A stretch of 64,000 bases of DNA, from NCBI GenBank assembly GCA_036513335.1, contig DATBZG010000080.1, forward strand, positions 7,336 through 71,335, given 5' to 3'. The notes beneath the pieces were generated by a model. It saw nothing but the letters and a program-made list of their open reading frames with translations, made no database searches and was not told where the DNA came from. This DNA comes from Solirubrobacteraceae bacterium (GTDB lineage: Bacteria > Actinomycetota > Thermoleophilia > Solirubrobacterales > Solirubrobacteraceae). A program made the translations under genes and the position numbers. This document shows, piece after piece, positions 49,696 to 58,982 of the stretch. Numbering within the stretch: position 1 is the first letter of the stretch; each line of letters starts with the position of its first letter.

Positions 49696-50436
49696 ATGAG
49701 CGCAGAGCACGTCGAGATCAAGACCGAGGACGGCGTCGCCGACGGTTACCTGGCGCGACCCGCCGACGACGACGGCCGGCGGCCCGGGGTGCTGTTCCTC
49801 GTCGATGCCTTCGGGTTGCGCCCCCAGATCGAGCAGATGGCCGACCGGATCGCGGAGCACGGTTTCGTGGTGCTCGCTCCGAACGTCTTCTACCGGCACG
49901 GCCGGGCGCCGGTGCTGGCGATGCCCGATCTCGAGGACCCCGAGTCGCGCGGGCCGTTCATGGAGAAGATCAGGCCGATGATGCAAGAGCTCACGCCCGA
50001 ACTGATCGCGAGCGACAGCCGTGGCTACCTGGACTTCCTCGCCGACGTGGCCCGGGGACCCTTCGCAATAACGGGGTACTGCATGGGAGCACGGCTGGGT
50101 TGGCGCATCGCGACTGCCCATCCTGACCGCGTGCTGGCGCTCGCCGGCTTCCACGGCGGCGGCCTCGTGACCGACGACGAGGACAGCCCGCACCGGAGCG
50201 CCGACGAGCTGACCGTCGAGGCTTACTTCGGCTACGCAGACAACGACCCGAGCATGACCCCCGAGAACATCGCCACGCTCGAGCAGGCCCTCGACGACGC
50301 CGACGTGACATACCGCTCGGAGGTGTACGAGGGCGCTGCCCACGGGTACACGATGGCCGACACTGCGATGTACAACAAGGGCGCGGCCGAGCGCCACTAC
50401 GAGGCGCTGTTCGCGCTCTTGGATCGCACCATCTGA
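49696..50436 (+). CDS. dienelactone hydrolase family protein
   Basis: GGAGAGGAG lies upstream of ATG 49696. PGVLFLVDAFGLRPQ, the Cys-nucleophile elbow ITGYCMGARLG and YEGAAHGY. Confidence 0.85.
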   Translation: MSAEHVEIKTEDGVADGYLARPADDDGRRPGVLFLVDAFGLRPQIEQMADRIAEHGFVVLAPNVFYRHGRAPVLAMPDLEDPESRGPFMEKIRPMMQELTPELIASDSRGYLDFLADVARGPFAITGYCMGARLGWRIATAHPDRVLALAGFHGGGLVTDDEDSPHRSADELTVEAYFGYADNDPSMTPENIATLEQALDDADVTYRSEVYEGAAHGYTMADTAMYNKGAAERHYEALFALLDRTI

Positions 50437-50469
50437 ACGCGCGAGGGCAGACCGCGCCCTCACCGCGTG

Positions 50470-51003
50470 CTACAGCGGCGGGACCTGGTTGTTGACCTGC
50501 GTGCCGTGATACAGGTGGTCCTGGTCCCGGCACGCGGCGGGGAAGAAGAACTGCACGCTGTCGCTGCGAACGCCGTTGTAGCTGGCGAACAGGGTCGCTC
50601 GTCCGACGGTTCCCACTTCACACTTGGGGTCGTTGCTCGCAACCACGCGGAGGACGATCTTCATGATGTTCCCGGGGTAGCCCCACATCGTCGCGTAGTG
50701 CGAGTGGTAGACGAGGTGATGCTCGACCGTCATCGTGATCTCACCCCTGTGGTCTTCCTGGCACATGATCCCGGAGACGGTGTTCGCTTCCAGATTGATT
50801 TCGCCATGGCCGCGGGCGTAGCCGCCCGCTTCCCCCGGGGAGCCGGTGTGAAAGCCCCATGGCGGAATCCCGTAGACAATCGGAACCTGGCCGCAGCCGG
50901 GTGTATACGCGGAGGCTTGGCCGGCCGTGCCGAGCAGAGCGAGCAGCGACGTGAATGCCAGGGCCGCGAGCCCGATTCGCGGCTTGATGTGGTGGCTCCG
51001 CAT
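50470..51003 (-). CDS. secreted hypothetical protein
   Basis: Signal peptide MRSHHIKPRIGLAALAFTSLLALLGTAGQASA. The mature part has 4 Cys and is His/Tyr-rich. No family recognised. Confidence 0.65.
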   Translation of the reverse strand: MRSHHIKPRIGLAALAFTSLLALLGTAGQASAYTPGCGQVPIVYGIPPWGFHTGSPGEAGGYARGHGEINLEANTVSGIMCQEDHRGEITMTVEHHLVYHSHYATMWGYPGNIMKIVLRVVASNDPKCEVGTVGRATLFASYNGVRSDSVQFFFPAACRDQDHLYHGTQVNNQVPPL

Positions 51004-51337
51004 CCGAAAGCGGACGATAGACGCTCACCAGGACGATCCGGGCCGAGCCGGACACAAGTTCGACCACCTCAAGCTGTTGCAGCGGGCCTCAGGCGCTTGC
51101 GTAGAAACTCTCGCACGTGCGCCTCCGCGCCGAGCGGCTTTGGCGCGGTTTCGGGCAAGAGGACTAAGCGCGTGGGCGACCGGAGTGTCGTCCTGGCGTC
51201 CACCGGGTAGGGACGCTTCCATGCCGTCAAAGCTGCTTGCGATCTATCAACGTGCGGCCGGCGAGGCGAACGCCAGAGCGTTCGAGTGCCGGGCCATCTC
51301 GAGAGCTTCTCAGTGACAAGAGCGAGGAGATAGAGCA

Positions 51338-52627
51338 ATGGACCTCGTTGCCCCGGTGAAGGCGTTCGATCGCTTTCAGCGACGCCACGCGCCCGTCGCG
51401 GTAGCAATCGCCGTGCTGCGTAACTTCTCAGACCAGGAAGCCGGCAACGCCTCCGCTTTGATCGCCTACTGGGGATTCTTCTCACTCTTCCCGCTGCTGC
51501 TCGTATTCGTGACGATCCTCGGCTTCGTCCTGCAGGGCGACCCTTCGGCACAGAGCTCGGTGGTGCATTCGGCGCTCTCCCAGTTCCCGATCGTCGGCGC
51601 ACATCCGGGAGCCCTTGCCGGCAACGGCGTCGCGCTGGCGGTTGGCTTGATCGGCGCGCTGCTCTCCGGTCTCGGAGTGACGCTGGCCACCGAGAACGCG
51701 TTCAACCGGGTCTATGCGGTCCCGCGCCGCCGACAGCCCAATTTCCTGGTCGCGCGCTGGCGCGGACTGAAGCTGCTGATCGTCGTCGGGCTGCTGCAGA
51801 TCCTCTCGACCATCGCATCGGGCGGCGTCAGCGGCGGTCTCGGCGGAGTGCTCGTCGTGATCGCCGGGATCGTGGTCTCGCTGTTGCTGAACCTGGTCCT
51901 GTTCTTTGTCGTCTTCCGGTTCCTCGTCTCCGACACGATCCCCACGCGCGAGCTGTGGCCGGGAATTATCCTGGCAAGCATCGGTTGGGAGGTCCTGCAG
52001 GCCGTCGGTGGCCTCTACATTCGCCACGTCGTAAAGGGGGCGAGTGAGACCTACGGGACCTTCGCCACCGTCATCGGGCTGCTCACCTGGCTCTATCTCG
52101 GTGCACGGATCGTCGTCTACGCCGCCGAGATCAACGTCGTCCTCACGCGCCGGCTGTGGCCGCGAAGCATCATGGAACCGCCGGAGCCGGCTGATCGCAA
52201 GGCTCGCGCGGCACTGGCGAAGATGGAGGAGCGCGACGACAAGGAGACCGTTCAGGTCGACTTTCATCCGCCGACCGATGAGAACGGCCCCAACCGGGGC
52301 GAGCCGGTCTACGCCGTCGCTCCGGCTCCGCATCCACATGAGCGAGCCCAGACGACGAGTCCCGAGATCGCGGGACCGGATCTGCATACGGTCACGATCG
52401 CCCAACTGCTCGATGCCATTGGGCGGAGCATCGAGGAGGTAGCCGCGGACAGCTCGGATAAGCAATTGGCGCAGCAGTGGATTACGAGCGGGCGGCAAGC
52501 TTCCCCAACCTCAGGCGAGCGAGAGAGTCGAGCGCCGGGCGACGGCGCTGCCCGCGTCCTTGCCGAGGCCACGACACGCACGCTGGGCCTCGCGCCCGAC
52601 AACGACGATGAAACTCGGCCCCCGTGA
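51338..52627 (+). CDS. YihY/BrkB-family membrane protein with ~130-aa hydrophilic C-terminal extension
   Basis: ALIAYWGFFSLFPLLLV, FNRVYAVPRRRQPNF and YGTFATVIGLLTWLYLGARIVVYAAEINVV are family hallmarks. Confidence 0.85.
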   Translation: MDLVAPVKAFDRFQRRHAPVAVAIAVLRNFSDQEAGNASALIAYWGFFSLFPLLLVFVTILGFVLQGDPSAQSSVVHSALSQFPIVGAHPGALAGNGVALAVGLIGALLSGLGVTLATENAFNRVYAVPRRRQPNFLVARWRGLKLLIVVGLLQILSTIASGGVSGGLGGVLVVIAGIVVSLLLNLVLFFVVFRFLVSDTIPTRELWPGIILASIGWEVLQAVGGLYIRHVVKGASETYGTFATVIGLLTWLYLGARIVVYAAEINVVLTRRLWPRSIMEPPEPADRKARAALAKMEERDDKETVQVDFHPPTDENGPNRGEPVYAVAPAPHPHERAQTTSPEIAGPDLHTVTIAQLLDAIGRSIEEVAADSSDKQLAQQWITSGRQASPTSGERESRAPGDGAARVLAEATTRTLGLAPDNDDETRPP

Positions 52628-52708
52628 TTTGGCGGGCTTCTGTCGCAGGAGCTTTAGGACTGAACCGGAAGAACCCGGGCGTTCTCGACTGCGATAAGTT
52701 GTCGGGCG

Positions 52709-54298
52709 GTGCGCCGACGCGGGGGCAGAGCTCTATGCGCTTTTAGCTCGAAGCTCGACAGCTTCGCGCGAGCCCGCGCGCTCTGGATGACCCTGGCCGT
52801 CGCGACAGCGGCCTGCTTGGCGGCGGGGTGTGCATCGGCGCTGGCGGCGGAAGAACCCCCGCCGCTGGCCAGCGCTTTCCAAGGCTCGCTGGCCACCACG
52901 TACACGTACAACACCGGGGAAGGCCAGTCCGGCAAAGAGGAAGCCAACCTCACCTGGTCGGCGACGGGGAGCTTCGACGCCGAAGACCACGGCGCGCTGC
53001 AACCGCTGAGCTTCTCGAGCATCTCGGGCAAGAAGACCGCGGAAGGCAGCCGCATCTATTGCCCCGGCCCGACCACCGATCACAGGGAACTCACCGCCTC
53101 GATTCTCGAAAGCCCGCGACCGGAAGATTGGGAAATAAGCGAGACGCTCAACTATCCGATGCCGGGATGGAAATACGAAGTGGCTGACTCCGCCCTCTTC
53201 CTGCCGGTCACGTGGACAGGGAAGGCGTACATCGGCACGTCGTGCGAAGAAGCGCTGTCTGAACCGGAACAGCTGCAGGTCAACGAGCTCACCAACGGCT
53301 ATCAGGGAGCCGGCTGTCCCGTCAACGAAGCCGAACGCACGCAGCTGCTCGCATCGCTGCTGGTCGAACCCAACGGCAGCGCCGGCCAGACACGCACATA
53401 TCACCAGCCCTGCAGCGGCACATTTGAAGGCAAAGGGAGCTGGAGCGCGTCGATCACGATCACCCTCACCGTCACAGCGACGAGCCCTGGGGCCAACAAC
53501 ACGAAAAATGGGCCTAGTTCCCCTCCCCCCTCCGTCATCTCGCCGCCCGCCCCGGCGACGAAGCCGACGAGCGAAGCCCGCCGCGCCCAGCTGAAGGACC
53601 AGGCCAGAGCAGACCTCCCGCCCGCGCTGGACTCATCCTGGCAGGCGCACGGGCTGGTGGGCGCGCTCTCGCTGGCGCACGCCTACGGGATATCTCAGGT
53701 GGCCGACTCGCTCGGCGGCGCCGCCACGCTGCTCGGCGGCGACGACGATGTCGTCAGAGCGATCAACGACTACCGCATCGTCAAAGATCCACCTCAGCCG
53801 GGATACGAACTGCTCGCCACGCCCGTGGCGTCCAAGCCGCCGTCGCTCCCATCCTGCGCGCGCTGGCGCGCACGCCGGCTGTCCAGCTACTGCCGCAGAT
53901 TGCGCGCAGCGGCGAGCGCCATGGTGCGTGAAGCCGACACCGCAGCGGCCCTCGACGCAGCGCTGGCCACGACGATTGATCGCGACACCTCGGCGATCGC
54001 CGCTGGCTCCTACGCGGCGGCCGAACGACAGGCAAGCCACTTCGAGGAACTTCAGTCGAGCTTCCAAGCCGCCCTCGTGGCGCAGGGGTCTGCGGGCGCC
54101 AAAGTCGCAGCGCTGCTGAAAAGCGCTCACGTGCGTGGTGCAGCGACCAAGGCACAGGCGGCGCGCGCCATCAAGTGGCTCGAGCTGCAGTTGGCCAAGA
54201 GCGGTATCACCAAGAGCGAGATCACGCCGCTGGCAGGGTCTGCGCTGCGCCCCAGCCGTGTCGACCTCCTCAGCGCGCTCGCTCACCCCGGCGGCTGA
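52709..54298 (+). CDS. secreted (possibly lipid-anchored) hypothetical protein
   Basis: Signal-like MTLAVATAACLAAGCASALAAEE, then a Pro/Ser linker (GPSSPPPSVISPPAPATKP) and an Ala-rich helical C-terminal half. The start is GTG 52709 or ATG 52787. Confidence 0.65.
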   Translation: MRRRGGRALCAFSSKLDSFARARALWMTLAVATAACLAAGCASALAAEEPPPLASAFQGSLATTYTYNTGEGQSGKEEANLTWSATGSFDAEDHGALQPLSFSSISGKKTAEGSRIYCPGPTTDHRELTASILESPRPEDWEISETLNYPMPGWKYEVADSALFLPVTWTGKAYIGTSCEEALSEPEQLQVNELTNGYQGAGCPVNEAERTQLLASLLVEPNGSAGQTRTYHQPCSGTFEGKGSWSASITITLTVTATSPGANNTKNGPSSPPPSVISPPAPATKPTSEARRAQLKDQARADLPPALDSSWQAHGLVGALSLAHAYGISQVADSLGGAATLLGGDDDVVRAINDYRIVKDPPQPGYELLATPVASKPPSLPSCARWRARRLSSYCRRLRAAASAMVREADTAAALDAALATTIDRDTSAIAAGSYAAAERQASHFEELQSSFQAALVAQGSAGAKVAALLKSAHVRGAATKAQAARAIKWLELQLAKSGITKSEITPLAGSALRPSRVDLLSALAHPGG

Positions 54299-54446
54299 AC
54301 GATGCTTTCGGCGACGCCGTACGGCGTCTAGCGCATCCGTAACAACGCCGCCGGCAGCCCGGTTGGCCTCCAATGAGGCGGTGTTACGCTGAGAACTTCG
54401 GGCGTTTCCGAACGTCAACGGTGAGCAGACTGGGAGGAAGGCGCGC

Positions 54447-55271
54447 ATGGGCACGATCGTTACCACCGACGGCACGGAGATCTTCTACAAGGACTGGGGC
54501 TCGGGGCAGCCGCTCGTCTTCAGTCACGGCTGGCCGCTTTCCGCAGACGACTGGGACACGCAGATGCTGTTCTTCCTACAGCACGGCTACCGCGTGATCG
54601 CGCATGACCGCCGCGGACACGGACGCTCCACGCAGACCAGCGACGGCCACGACATGGACCATTACGCCGATGACATGGCGGCGGTGACGGCCTATCTCGA
54701 TCTCGAGGGCGCCGTGCACATAGGGCACTCCACCGGCGGCGGCGAGGTCGTGCGCTACATCGCAAGGCACGGCGAGAGTCGCGTGGCGAAGGCAGTGCTG
54801 ATCAGCTCCGTGCCGCCGCTCATGTTGCAGACGGACGCCAACCCGGGCGGGCTGCCCAAGAGCGTGTTCGACGGCTTCCAGGCTGAAGTCGCCGCGCATC
54901 GCTCCGACTTCTACCGTGGCCTGGCGGCGGGACCCTTCTACGGCTTCAACCGACCGGGCGTCGAGTCATCTGAGGCGATCATCGAGAACTGGTGGCGCCA
55001 GGGCATGATGGGCGGAGCAAAGGCGCACTACGACGGCATCGTCGCCTTCTCCCAGACCGACTTCACAGAGGATCTCAAGAAGATCACCGTGCCGGTGCTG
55101 GTGATGCATGGCGAAGATGATCAGATCGTTCCCTACGCCGACGCCGGGCCGCTGTCCGCGAAGCTCGTGCAGAACGGGACCCTGAAGTCCTACAAGGGCT
55201 TCCCGCACGGCATGCCCACGACCGAGGCTGAGACGATCAACGCTGACCTGCTGGCCTTCTTGCAGTCTTGA
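54447..55271 (+). CDS. alpha/beta hydrolase, non-heme haloperoxidase/arylesterase type
   Basis: [29 protein letters not shown], the nucleophile elbow [10 protein letters not shown] and GFPHGM. Confidence 0.9.
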   Translation: MGTIVTTDGTEIFYKDWGSGQPLVFSHGWPLSADDWDTQMLFFLQHGYRVIAHDRRGHGRSTQTSDGHDMDHYADDMAAVTAYLDLEGAVHIGHSTGGGEVVRYIARHGESRVAKAVLISSVPPLMLQTDANPGGLPKSVFDGFQAEVAAHRSDFYRGLAAGPFYGFNRPGVESSEAIIENWWRQGMMGGAKAHYDGIVAFSQTDFTEDLKKITVPVLVMHGEDDQIVPYADAGPLSAKLVQNGTLKSYKGFPHGMPTTEAETINADLLAFLQS

Positions 55272-55283
55272 CCAACCGCACGG

Positions 55284-55994
55284 CTACGGCGCCGTAGAGG
55301 CGCCACCGAGCAGCGCGAGCGCCGCGGTGACGAGCTCGGCGTTGTCCGTGGCGATGTGGCCGTCGGGCAGCGCCAGCACGTCCTCCAAGCCAACGCGCGC
55401 GTCAAATCCTGTCCCGCGACAGGCAGCGAGGACCTCCCATGTCCGCTCGCCGTATCCGTGCCATAGCTGCGGGAGCCCGTCTGGGATCAGCTGAGAGATA
55501 GCGCGGGCATCCTCCGCGCCGCCGTCGACCTCCACGAGCACGCGCACGATCTGATGCGTGATAGAGCTGCGCGCGAGCTCGACGGCGTCCTGCGGCGTGG
55601 CGAGGCCGGCCTCCACCCCAATGCCCGCATGCGCTGCCGCGCGCACGATCCCCACCCAGCCGGACTCCGACAGGTTCACCGAGACGAAGTCCGGCGGCTC
55701 GCGCCAGGATCTCACCGCGGCAGCACGAGCGAATGGGTCGGGGTCGATCGCGGCAGACGTGGAGAGCCCGATCGGCAGGCCGGGGGCGCCGGCGCGAATC
55801 GCCGCAACCGCTGCATCGCATGCGCGCGCATCGAGGGTCTGGACGCCGTGCGCGTCGCGCGGATGCACGTGCACGGCAAATGCGCCTGCCCTGCGGGCAG
55901 CGATTGCATCTGCGGCAAGCTCCGCCGGTGAGAGTGGCACGGCGGGGTGCTGCGCCCGCGTACGGCCCCCGTTCAGGCACGCCTTCAGTGCCAT
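55284..55994 (-). CDS. 3-keto-5-aminohexanoate cleavage enzyme family (BKACE/DUF849) protein
   Basis: MALKACLNGGRTRAQHPAVPLSPAELAADAIAARRAGAFAVHVHPRD. The start is ATG 55994 within ORF 55284..56087. Confidence 0.8.
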   Translation of the reverse strand: MALKACLNGGRTRAQHPAVPLSPAELAADAIAARRAGAFAVHVHPRDAHGVQTLDARACDAAVAAIRAGAPGLPIGLSTSAAIDPDPFARAAAVRSWREPPDFVSVNLSESGWVGIVRAAAHAGIGVEAGLATPQDAVELARSSITHQIVRVLVEVDGGAEDARAISQLIPDGLPQLWHGYGERTWEVLAACRGTGFDARVGLEDVLALPDGHIATDNAELVTAALALLGGASTAP

Positions 55995-56115
55995 GGGATG
56001 CGCGTGCTCGCAGTGATCACCACCTGCAGTGTGGCGACTGGGAGGCGTCCCGCCCGCTGCCGTCCGAACCGGACCGTCTACACACATTGTAAGTTTTGTA
56101 CGCTACGCTCTGATT

Positions 56116-56556
56116 ATGCAAGCGGGAGTAGGCAAGAAAGCATCGAAGGGCGAACCGTTCAGCGTTCGCTTCACGAGGCCCACCGACCGCGTGGTCGAGG
56201 AGGAGGCGCGGCGCACACGTCGCTCCAAGAGCTCCGTCGTCGAGGCTCTGACCGACGAAGCGATCCGTGCGCGGCGCTTCGCCGGTATTGGCTTTCGTGG
56301 CGACGACGCGGCTAGACGACCCTGGGTGATCGGCTCCGGCCTGGACGTCTGGGAGATCATCCAGATGCTCGATGATCTCGGCTCGATCGAGCGATTGATC
56401 CAAGACACTCAGCTGACAGAGCGCCAGGTGCGCGTGGCGATCGCCTACCGCGACAGCTACCCCGAGGAGATCGCGCAAGCGCTCGGACAGAACCGTCGCA
56501 CGGTCGCGGAATGGCGCGAGCTCTATCCCTTCATCGAGTTCTCCCCCCCGACCTAG
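56116..56556 (+). CDS. DUF433-domain antitoxin-like protein with N-terminal ribbon-helix-helix-like segment
   Basis: FSVRFTRPTDRVVEEEARRTRRSKSSVVEALTDEAI is RHH-like. PWVIGSGLDVWEIIQMLDDLGSIERLIQDTQLTERQVRVAIAY is DUF433. Confidence 0.75.
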   Translation: MQAGVGKKASKGEPFSVRFTRPTDRVVEEEARRTRRSKSSVVEALTDEAIRARRFAGIGFRGDDAARRPWVIGSGLDVWEIIQMLDDLGSIERLIQDTQLTERQVRVAIAYRDSYPEEIAQALGQNRRTVAEWRELYPFIEFSPPT

Positions 56557-56562
56557 CGCCGC

Positions 56563-56913
56563 TTGCGCCTGCTGCTCGACGCAAACCTCTCGCCGCGCCG
56601 AGTCGCGTCGCCGTTGCGCGAGATCGGCCACGACGTGCTCGCCCTCGCCGAAGACGCGGCCTACGAGGGCCTTTCCGACCCACAGGTGCTCGAACTGGCG
56701 AGCACCGAGAAGCGCATTCTGATCACGCGCAACAGCCGCGACTTCGCGCCGATCGCGCGGGAGTGGGCCGAAGCCCAACGTCCGCACTCCGGCGTGATCC
56801 TCATTTGGACGCTCGACCACAGTCAATTCGCCGCGATCGTCACCGGCATCCAACGCCAGCTCGACCTCTGGCCGTCGCAAGAGCAATGGACCGACCTCAC
56901 CGTCGCGTTCTAA
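56563..56913 (+). CDS. DUF5615-family PIN-like putative toxin
   Basis: RLLLDANLSPRRVASPLREIGHDVL...ILITRNSRDF. The TTG start lies 7 nt after the upstream stop. This is the classical partner of DUF433. Confidence 0.7.
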   Translation: MRLLLDANLSPRRVASPLREIGHDVLALAEDAAYEGLSDPQVLELASTEKRILITRNSRDFAPIAREWAEAQRPHSGVILIWTLDHSQFAAIVTGIQRQLDLWPSQEQWTDLTVAF

Positions 56914-57045
56914 TCGCCTTTCGGATAACGCCGCACGTTTCGATTCCGACCCGCGTTGGTAGTTAGTGACAACATGTCCGTCGTACGGGCGTCTCCGTGA
57001 CGCCCCGTAAGCGGTGCGCTGGTCAGGCGATCAAAAGGAGAAGCC

Positions 57046-58731
57046 GTGTTCGGATGGAGCCGTCGGTCCCTTATCGGTCTTGGCGTAGCCGCGGCCCTCG
57101 TGGGTCCCGGCGCGGTGATGGCTGCAGGCTCGGCCTCCGCCGCGACGAGCGAACCTGCCGTGGAGCCCGCCCCCCAGGGCCTCGTGAACAGACACCCGGT
57201 GGTCGGCCCGCCGCTCAGGCACGCCAAGTCGTCAGCCCTCGCGCCGGCGCTCGTTCCGGCGACACCATCGCCTTGGGAGCCGCTGACCAACCAGCCAACG
57301 TTCGCGCCCGGGACGATGCTTCTGGAGAGCGACGGAAGCGTGCTCGTCCATGAAGAACAGGAATATGGAGCCACGACCGCTTGGTACAAGCTCACGCCTG
57401 ACGCCAACGGCAACTACGCCGACGGCACGTGGAGCAAAATCGCCTCGATGCCGAAGGGCTACGCCCCCGAGTACTTCGCGTCGGCAATCCTCCCGGACGG
57501 GGAAATGATCGTCGAGGGCGGTGAGTACAACGGCTTCAGCCCGGAAGGCGTGTGGACGAACCAGGGAGCGATCTACAACCCGGTGAAGAACAAGTGGCAG
57601 CGTGTCTCGCCTCCCCCCGGCTGGGAAAGCATCGGCGACGCCCAGAGCGACGTGCTCGCCAACGGCACGTTCATGCTGGCGCAGCCCTGCCAGGACTGCA
57701 CGTCTGCGAGCGGCACGCTTACGACCGACGACGCGCTCTTCAACGCCAGCGGTCTGAGCTGGCTGACAATCCCAGGTCAGGGCAAGAACGATCCCAACGA
57801 CGAGGAGGGCTGGACGCTCGAGCCGAGTGGGCAGCTGCTGACGATCGACACATGGCTGACGCCGACGACGGAGCTGTTCACTCCGACGAACCTCACCTGG
57901 GGCTCCGCGGGCAACACCGTCGCCTCACCGGTCGACAGCCCGGAGGCGGAGATCGGCCCGCAGGTTGAGATGCCGGGCGGCAACACGTTCGTCGTCGGCG
58001 CGGGCTCGAGCAGCGAGATAGCTCCTGAAGCGTGCACCGCGCACAAGCCGGCGGCGACCGCCCTTTATGACTACGCGGAGGGTCGGTGGGTGAAGAGCCC
58101 CTCGATCCCGACGATCGAAGGCGAGCAGTACGACAGCGCCGATGGGCCCGGCTCGATCCTTCCCGATGGCAACGTGCTGTTCGATGTGAGCCCGTGCGTA
58201 TACAGCGCGCCGCTCGCGTTCGACCTGTACAACGCGTCCTCCAACACGATCAGCGCCGTACCGGATGTCCCCAATGCGGCGAACGACTCCACCTACTACA
58301 CACGCATGCTCGCGTTGCCCAACGGACAGGTGCTGTTCAACGACGGCAGCAACGAAATGGAGCTCTACACGGCGGGCGGCACGCCCAACCCGGCGTGGGC
58401 TCCGTCGATCAGCTCGCTCAGCTCGGGCACCCTGAAGCCGGGCAAGACGGCCAGCCTGTCGGGCACGCAGCTGGCGGGCCTCGACCAGGGCGCGGCCTAC
58501 GGGGATGACGTCCAGGACAACACCAACTTCCCGCTCGTGCGCATCACCAACTCGCAGTCCGGCGTTGTGACCTACGCGCGGACGAGCGGCTGGAGCTCGG
58601 TGTCGGTGGCTCCGGGCACCGCGTCCTCGACCAACTTCACCGTGCCGAAGGGCACCCCCGCCGGAGAAAGCACGCTCGAGGTCGTCGCCAACGGGATTGC
58701 CTCGGAACCGGTGGAAGTGACGATCCGCTGA
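57046..58731 (+). CDS. secreted Kelch-type beta-propeller protein with C-terminal Ig-like (E-set) domain (galactose/glyoxal-oxidase-like architecture)
   Basis: AAGGAG lies upstream of GTG 57046. Signal peptide LIGLGVAAALVGPGAVMAAGSASA. Repeated propeller-blade patterns (e.g. ILPDGEMIVEGGEYNG). The tail is STNFTVPKGTPAGESTLEVVANGIASEPVEVTI. Active-site residues were not verified. Confidence 0.7.
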   Translation: MFGWSRRSLIGLGVAAALVGPGAVMAAGSASAATSEPAVEPAPQGLVNRHPVVGPPLRHAKSSALAPALVPATPSPWEPLTNQPTFAPGTMLLESDGSVLVHEEQEYGATTAWYKLTPDANGNYADGTWSKIASMPKGYAPEYFASAILPDGEMIVEGGEYNGFSPEGVWTNQGAIYNPVKNKWQRVSPPPGWESIGDAQSDVLANGTFMLAQPCQDCTSASGTLTTDDALFNASGLSWLTIPGQGKNDPNDEEGWTLEPSGQLLTIDTWLTPTTELFTPTNLTWGSAGNTVASPVDSPEAEIGPQVEMPGGNTFVVGAGSSSEIAPEACTAHKPAATALYDYAEGRWVKSPSIPTIEGEQYDSADGPGSILPDGNVLFDVSPCVYSAPLAFDLYNASSNTISAVPDVPNAANDSTYYTRMLALPNGQVLFNDGSNEMELYTAGGTPNPAWAPSISSLSSGTLKPGKTASLSGTQLAGLDQGAAYGDDVQDNTNFPLVRITNSQSGVVTYARTSGWSSVSVAPGTASSTNFTVPKGTPAGESTLEVVANGIASEPVEVTIR

Positions 58732-58802
58732 GCTGAGCGTGACGAGCCATCGGCTGGGTATTCGCCCGCCGGCTTGACCTCTGAGGTGAGGAAGCCTCGC
58801 CC

Positions 58803-58982
58803 CATCTCGTCACGAAAGCCCTCGACAGCGGTGCCGACGAGCTGCTCGTTGGAGCCCGTCCCCCCTCCGTAGAGCTCGGCCGTGTCGATCATCGTCACGC
58901 CGAGCTCGTGCGCACGGCGGATCGTCGCGATCCCGCCAAAGCCACCGTAGCGCTCACCGAATATCGTTCTCTGCGTGAGCTC
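58803..58982 (-). pseudogene. remnant of an aldo/keto reductase gene (about 60 N-terminal codons only)
   Basis: Within ORF 58572..59153, QRTIFGERYGGFGGIATIRRAHELGVTMIDTAELYGGGTGSNEQLVGTAVEGFRDEM matches the AKR N-terminal pattern (iDTAe.YG.G.sE..vG.a..g.RDe). The remaining ~250 aa of the fold are absent. Confidence 0.5.
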
